This document shows positions 59,224 to 64,000 of a stretch of DNA of 64,000 nucleotides, one piece after another; within the stretch, counting starts at the first letter, position 1, and each line of letters opens with the position of its first letter. The stretch is from positions 256,001 through 320,000 of the forward strand of contig JBGAIQ010000001.1 in assembly GCA_044225365.1 (NCBI GenBank), in the 5' to 3' direction. This DNA comes from Planctomycetota bacterium. Its GTDB lineage: Bacteria; Planctomycetota; B15-G4; JADJEK01. Position numbers and translations under genes: made by a program. The notes under the pieces are model-generated. The model did no database searches. It saw only the letters and a list, made by a program, of their open reading frames with translations, and was not told the DNA's origin.

Positions 59224-61275
59224 TCACTTCTCCTGAGGCAGACTGACGACGGCGAGCGATTCGATCTTCTTCACGCCGGCGATCTCGTTGTAGGAAGCGA
59301 CGGGCACGTGCGGCTGCTCGTCGAGCAGCGTCAGCGCGAGCACGCGACGGAGGGTGGGACGGACGACGAGGACGGGACGGATTCCCTGCGACAGGGGTGA
59401 CTTCGCGGCTTCACGGACTTCCCGCGAGGTGACTCGCAGGAGGTGTCCGAGCTGATTGGGATCGTTGGAGAGATCGGCCAGGCGCTGCTCGAGCCCGGGA
59501 TCGAGCGAGATCGCATGGAGCGTTCCACGTTCGTCGACGAGCGAGAGCGCGATGCCGCGCGCGAGTTTCTCGCGGACGAACTCGGTGAGGACATCGGGAT
59601 CCTTCGTGCGACCGATGTGGTCGCCGAGACCCTCGAAGATCGGTGCGAGATTGCGGATCGACACGCTCTCGCGCAGGAGGTTGCGCAGGACTCGATGGAC
59701 CTCGCCGAGCGGGAGCGACGCCGGAGTGAGATCGTCCACGAGCGCCGGGGAGGTCTCCTTCAACTTCTCGATGCGCCGCTTCGTGTCGTCGCGGGTCAGG
59801 ATGTCGCCGGCGTGTCGACGCAGCGTCTCGGAGAGATGGGTGGCGAGGACGGCGGACGTCTCGACGACCGTGTAGCCCTTCGCTTCGGCCTCGTCGCGAA
59901 GCTCTTCGCGCACCCAGAACGCGGGCAATCCGAACGTCGGATCGCGAGTGGCGACGCCCGCGATCGACTCGACGTGCGACGAGGGAGGCATCGCAAGGAA
60001 GCAACCGGGCGAGATCTGTCCTTCGGCGACGACTTCGCCCTGGATCAGGATCCGATATCCTCGCGGATCGATCAGCGCGGAGTCGCGGACGCGGATGGGT
60101 GGCAGCACGACACCCATGTCCGTCGCGAAGCGTCGCCGCAGTTGGCCGATCCGCTCGAGCAGACCGCCGCCCACGCCGCCTTGCACCATTCCGACCAGTC
60201 GATATCCGACCTCGACGAGGAGACGATCGACATGGAGGAGATCCTCGATCTGCTCGGACTCGGGCTTCGCGGGGGCCGCGACCGGCGTCTTCGCGACGGG
60301 CTTCTTCGTTGCCACCCGATCGATCTTCTTCGCGAGGAGAAAGAACGAGATCCCGAGGAGGAGAAAGGGCATCGCGGGCAGGCCCGGCATGACGCCGATC
60401 AGCATCGCCGCCGCCGCGGCGTAGATCGCGAGCTTCGAGCGCGAGAACAACTGACTTTGCAGTTCCGACGACAACGGGTTCTCGTCGGACGATTTGGTGA
60501 CGAGGAGTGCGCCCGCGACCGAGACGATGAGCGCGGGCACCTGGGCCACGAGACCGTCACCGATCGTGAGGATCGAGTAGCGATGGGTGGCTTCGGCGAG
60601 CGACATGCCGTTCATGAGTCCGAGCACACCGCCGCCGATCAGGTTGATCGCGGTGATGATGAGGCCGGCGACGGCATCGCCGCGGACGAACTTCGAGGCA
60701 CCGTCCATCGCTCCGTAGAACTCGCTCTCGCGCATCAGCTCCGAGCGTCGCTTGCGCGCTTCGTCGCTGTCGATGACGCCTGAATTCAGGTCGGCGTCGA
60801 TCGACATCTGCTTGCCCGGCAAGCCGTCCAACGTGAAGCGCGCCGCGACTTCGGAGATGCGGCCTGCACCCTTCGTGATGACGACGAACTGCACGATCAG
60901 CAGGATCGCGAACATGATCACGCCGACGACGAGATTGCCGCCGACGACGAAGTTGCCGAAGGCGTCGATGACGCGACCGGCTTCGCCGTGGAGCAGGATG
61001 AGTCGTGACGACGCCACGTTGAGACCGAGGCGGTACAACGTGAGGAACAGGAGCAACGACGGGAACGAGGTGAATTGGCGCGGTGCGTCGGTCGCGATGA
61101 CCGAGAACATGACGAGCAACGAGAACGTGATGTTCGTCGCGAGCAGGACGTCGAGGAGGGGGGACGGCAGCGGGAGGATCAGCAGGGTGAGGACGCCGCC
61201 GACCGCGAGAGCGAGGAGCAGCGTCGCACGATCCCGCGACATGACGTCCATTCCGATGGCTTCGGCCTTGCTCAC
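59224..61275 (-). CDS. flhA: Flagellar export gate protein FlhA
   Basis: FVVITKGAGRISEVAARFTLDGLPGKQMSIDAD, FYGAMDGASKFVRGDA. Confidence 0.97.
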   Translation of the reverse strand: MSKAEAIGMDVMSRDRATLLLALAVGGVLTLLILPLPSPLLDVLLATNITFSLLVMFSVIATDAPRQFTSFPSLLLFLTLYRLGLNVASSRLILLHGEAGRVIDAFGNFVVGGNLVVGVIMFAILLIVQFVVITKGAGRISEVAARFTLDGLPGKQMSIDADLNSGVIDSDEARKRRSELMRESEFYGAMDGASKFVRGDAVAGLIITAINLIGGGVLGLMNGMSLAEATHRYSILTIGDGLVAQVPALIVSVAGALLVTKSSDENPLSSELQSQLFSRSKLAIYAAAAAMLIGVMPGLPAMPFLLLGISFFLLAKKIDRVATKKPVAKTPVAAPAKPESEQIEDLLHVDRLLVEVGYRLVGMVQGGVGGGLLERIGQLRRRFATDMGVVLPPIRVRDSALIDPRGYRILIQGEVVAEGQISPGCFLAMPPSSHVESIAGVATRDPTFGLPAFWVREELRDEAEAKGYTVVETSAVLATHLSETLRRHAGDILTRDDTKRRIEKLKETSPALVDDLTPASLPLGEVHRVLRNLLRESVSIRNLAPIFEGLGDHIGRTKDPDVLTEFVREKLARGIALSLVDERGTLHAISLDPGLEQRLADLSNDPNQLGHLLRVTSREVREAAKSPLSQGIRPVLVVRPTLRRVLALTLLDEQPHVPVASYNEIAGVKKIESLAVVSLPQEK

Positions 61276-62357
61276 GCGGGCCTCCGTTCGACGCGGCGTT
61301 CACCGCGGGCCAGGCGTTTGTCGGTGCGGAAGATCATGGCGAGCATCTCGGCGACGGCCTTGTAGAGCGTGGGCGGGATCTCGTCTCCGATGCGGGCCGA
61401 CTCGTGCAGCGCGCGCGCGAGAGGAGGATTCTCGATGACGGGCACACCGTTCTCTTTCGCGACGGCCTTGATGCGCAGCGCGACGTGATCGCGGCCCTTC
61501 GCGACGACGACCGGTGCGCCCATCGACGACTCGTACCTCAGGGCGACGGCGAAGTGAGTGGGGTTCACGACGACGGCGGTCGCCTTCGGCACCTCCGCCA
61601 TCATCCGCTGCATCGCGAATTGCTTCTGGCGGCCGCGGATGCGGGCCTTCGCTTCCATGTCGCCCTGCGCGTCCTTGTTCTCCTGCTTCACTTCCTGCTT
61701 CGTCATCTTCAGGTCGTTGATGTGCTGACGGTGACGGAAGAACCAGTCGAAGATCCCGAGCACGAGCAAGGTGCCGCCGAGGTACTTGAGCAGCGAAACG
61801 AACATCGTGAGCGCGCCGCGGAGCGCCGCGTGGGGATCGGTATTCGTCGCGAGCGCGCGGAGCGGTGCGTTGAGAGCCACGTACGCCGCGATCGCCAGCG
61901 CCGCGAGTTTGAACACCGAAGTCCCGGTCTCGAGGAGACTCTTCGCGTTGACGAATGTGCTGAGGGCGAGTTTCGGCTGCAGCTTCTCGGGCTTGAATTC
62001 GAGCTTCTGGGGAACGAAGTGGAAGCCGACCTGGGTGAAACTGAGCGCCAGCGCGAGGACGAACAGTGCGAGGATCATCGGGGCGACCGCGAGCCCGCAC
62101 TCCTTCAGCGTCGTGAGGGGCATCACGGAGTCGATGGTCGAGTCGAGCGTGCCCAAGTCGAAGAGGGCGGCACCGAGGACGCGGCGGAAGCCGTCGAGCA
62201 TCCTCGCACCCACGTATTCGAGGGAGTACGCAGCCGTCAGCAGGATCACGGCGAACATGAGATCGGGCGAACGCACGACGCGGCCTTCTTCGACGGCCTT
62301 CTGCAGTCGCTTGCCGCTCGGCTGTTCGGTCCGCTGTTCCTTGTCCTGTTCGTCCAC
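61272..62357 (-). CDS. flhB: Flagellar export switch protein FlhB
   Basis: RTEQPS.KR, MTKQEVK.E.K, NPTH autocleavage motif, PPLARAL. Confidence 0.97.
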   Translation of the reverse strand: MDEQDKEQRTEQPSGKRLQKAVEEGRVVRSPDLMFAVILLTAAYSLEYVGARMLDGFRRVLGAALFDLGTLDSTIDSVMPLTTLKECGLAVAPMILALFVLALALSFTQVGFHFVPQKLEFKPEKLQPKLALSTFVNAKSLLETGTSVFKLAALAIAAYVALNAPLRALATNTDPHAALRGALTMFVSLLKYLGGTLLVLGIFDWFFRHRQHINDLKMTKQEVKQENKDAQGDMEAKARIRGRQKQFAMQRMMAEVPKATAVVVNPTHFAVALRYESSMGAPVVVAKGRDHVALRIKAVAKENGVPVIENPPLARALHESARIGDEIPPTLYKAVAEMLAMIFRTDKRLARGERRVERRPA

Positions 62358-62387
62358 GTTCTCTTTCCGTCTTCGCCTTGGGTTCGA

Positions 62388-63149
62388 TCAACGCCTGGAG
62401 AGACCGTCGTGCAGGGCCGCCGCGACCGATTCGGAGAACCCGGACACCGCGGGAAGCAGCCGGGGCAGGAGCAACGCGATGACTCCGATCGCGATCATGA
62501 GACGGACCGCGAGCGCGAAGTCGAAGATGTGCAGTCGCGGCAGGGCGCGCGCGGCGATCGTGGTGAACACGGTCACCATGAACAGCGCCAGCGCCGCGGG
62601 TAGCGCGAGGGAGATCCCAGTCTCGATGGCGAGGGTCGATGCGCCGGCGATGTTGGCGCCGAAGCGATCGGGGCGGATGACCGAGCCCGACGGCAGGAGA
62701 TCGAAGGAACCCCGCACGGTGCGTGCGAGCGCGGCGAGCCCGCCGCCTTCGGCGAACATCACGAAGCCGAGCGCTTCGAAGAGACGCGACAGCAGCGGGA
62801 CGGGTTGGCCCGTCGCCGGGTCGATCTGGTTGGCGGAGTTGAGGCCCATCTCCTGACCCGCGAAGTCTCCCGCGATCGTCAGCAGATGGAAGACGAGCGA
62901 GAACGCGTAGCCGATCGCGGCGCCGATCAGGAATTCGAACGGGGTCGCGAGGAGGGCCTGCGTCGGGGAGAGGTTCACTTGCGCGGCATCGAGTCGCGCG
63001 GGGACGAGGATGAAGGCGAGACCCGCTGCGATGCCGAGCCGAGCGTGAGTGGGAGCTGCCGGTCCCGCCATCAACGGAAACCCGGTCGCCACCGCGAGGA
63101 CGCGGACGGCTGGGAGTACCGGGTAATCGGCGAGGAACGACAGGTTCAT
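62388..63149 (-). CDS. fliR: Flagellar export protein FliR
   Basis: Hydrophobic; E.LIG..IG, AG......MG, DP, R..P. Confidence 0.9.
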   Translation of the reverse strand: MNLSFLADYPVLPAVRVLAVATGFPLMAGPAAPTHARLGIAAGLAFILVPARLDAAQVNLSPTQALLATPFEFLIGAAIGYAFSLVFHLLTIAGDFAGQEMGLNSANQIDPATGQPVPLLSRLFEALGFVMFAEGGGLAALARTVRGSFDLLPSGSVIRPDRFGANIAGASTLAIETGISLALPAALALFMVTVFTTIAARALPRLHIFDFALAVRLMIAIGVIALLLPRLLPAVSGFSESVAAALHDGLSRR

Positions 63150-63153
63150 CGAG

Positions 63154-63426
63154 TCAACCCTGGAGGTTGCCGAGCGTGTCGCGCAGCAGATGGATCGTGA
63201 ACTCGACGATCTGGCGGAGCATCCAGGGCGTCAGCACGAACGCGAGCGCAAAGGCCGTGATGATCTTGGGGACGACGGTGAGCGTCTGTTCCTGGAGGTT
63301 GAAGACAGTGGTGATCACGGCGAGGAGCAGCGCGAGCACGAGGACCGCGCCGAGGATCGGAGCGACGAGGCCGAGCGCGGCGAGCAATGTCTTCTGTGCG
63401 AGGTCGACGGCGGTTGCGATTTCCAT
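63154..63426 (-). CDS. fliQ: Flagellar export protein FliQ
   Basis: QEQTL..VPK, PWM; 90 aa. Confidence 0.92.
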   Translation of the reverse strand: MEIATAVDLAQKTLLAALGLVAPILGAVLVLALLLAVITTVFNLQEQTLTVVPKIITAFALAFVLTPWMLRQIVEFTIHLLRDTLGNLQG

Positions 63427-63448
63427 GCGTGTACTTCGCGGTCCCTTC

Positions 63449-64000
63449 TCAGGTCGGTGTGACGAACGAATGGGTGAGCGACCCGATGATGAGCGTCCAG
63501 CCATCGACGAGGACGAACACGAGGATCTTCAGGGGCATGGCGACCATCGTTGGCGGCAGCATGAACATTCCGAGCGCGAGCAGGACGGCGGCGACGACGA
63601 GATCGATGAGGAGGAAGGGCAGGAAGAGCACGAAGCCCATGCGGAACGCCGTGCGCATCTCGGAGAGGACGAACGCGGGAACCGCGACCGCGATCGGCGT
63701 GTCGAGTGGATGCTGCGGCTTCTCGGCCCGGGCGAGCTCGAGCGCGAGCGAGACGTCGCTCTCACGCGTCTGCGCGAGCAGGAAGCGCTTCAGCTCGAGC
63801 GACGCGCGGTCGCCGGCCTCGTAGACGCTGATCTTCTCCTCGAGCAACGGAGCGAGGGCGTTCTCGTGGATGGTCTTGAACGTGGGGGACATCACCGCGA
63901 AGGTGAGGAAGAGAGCGAGGCCGATGAGGATCGGCGAAGGCGGTACTTCGGGCGTGCCGATCGCGCGGCGCGCGAACGACAGGACGATGATGATCCGCGT
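63449..64000 (-). CDS. fliP: Flagellar export protein FliP, 3' portion (truncated by window edge)
   Basis: PAFVLSE..TAF.MG, PFL.IDLVVA..L.ALGM.MLPP, LP.K...FV.VDGW. Confidence 0.95.
   Translation of the reverse strand, partial: TRIIIVLSFARRAIGTPEVPPSPILIGLALFLTFAVMSPTFKTIHENALAPLLEEKISVYEAGDRASLELKRFLLAQTRESDVSLALELARAEKPQHPLDTPIAVAVPAFVLSEMRTAFRMGFVLFLPFLLIDLVVAAVLLALGMFMLPPTMVAMPLKILVFVLVDGWTLIIGSLTHSFVTPT

Overview
High-GC, gene-dense chromosomal segment. It most likely comes from a member of the Planctomycetota, inferred from a DUF1549/DUF1553 (PSD1) plus DUF1501 pair, an ASPIC/UnbV-CRTAC1 protein and multiple Ser/Thr kinases. From left to right it holds a type II secretion operon (gspD-E-F-G-H-I-J', minus strand), ptsN-like, rpsU, a degenerate Sua5/TsaC-LMW phosphatase fusion, a sensor-less histidine kinase, and dnaK with a candidate sigma54 promoter and enhancer. 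Next come a GldA/F/G-DUF4340 ABC operon, a YprB-like nuclease, tricorn protease, a yggS-FHA kinase-purN-NUDIX operon, a BamB-like lipoprotein, rhodanese, a HAL2-type nucleotidase and an S9 peptidase. The centre has a pseudokinase-TM-caspase fusion, PSD1, a DUF1501-acyltransferase fusion and secreted proteins. The right end is a flagellar cluster (flgE, flgD, fliK, flgM-like, fliA, flhF, flhA, flhB, fliR, fliQ, fliP') interrupted by an RND efflux system and uncharacterised lipoproteins. I saw no rRNA, tRNA, CRISPR array or mobile element. The best leads are the dead-kinase/live-caspase membrane protein, the sigma54-controlled dnaK module, the DUF1501-acyltransferase fusion, a putative C-terminal sorting domain, and the degenerate FlhF without FlhG. 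All calls are by-eye motif recognition and no database searches were run.
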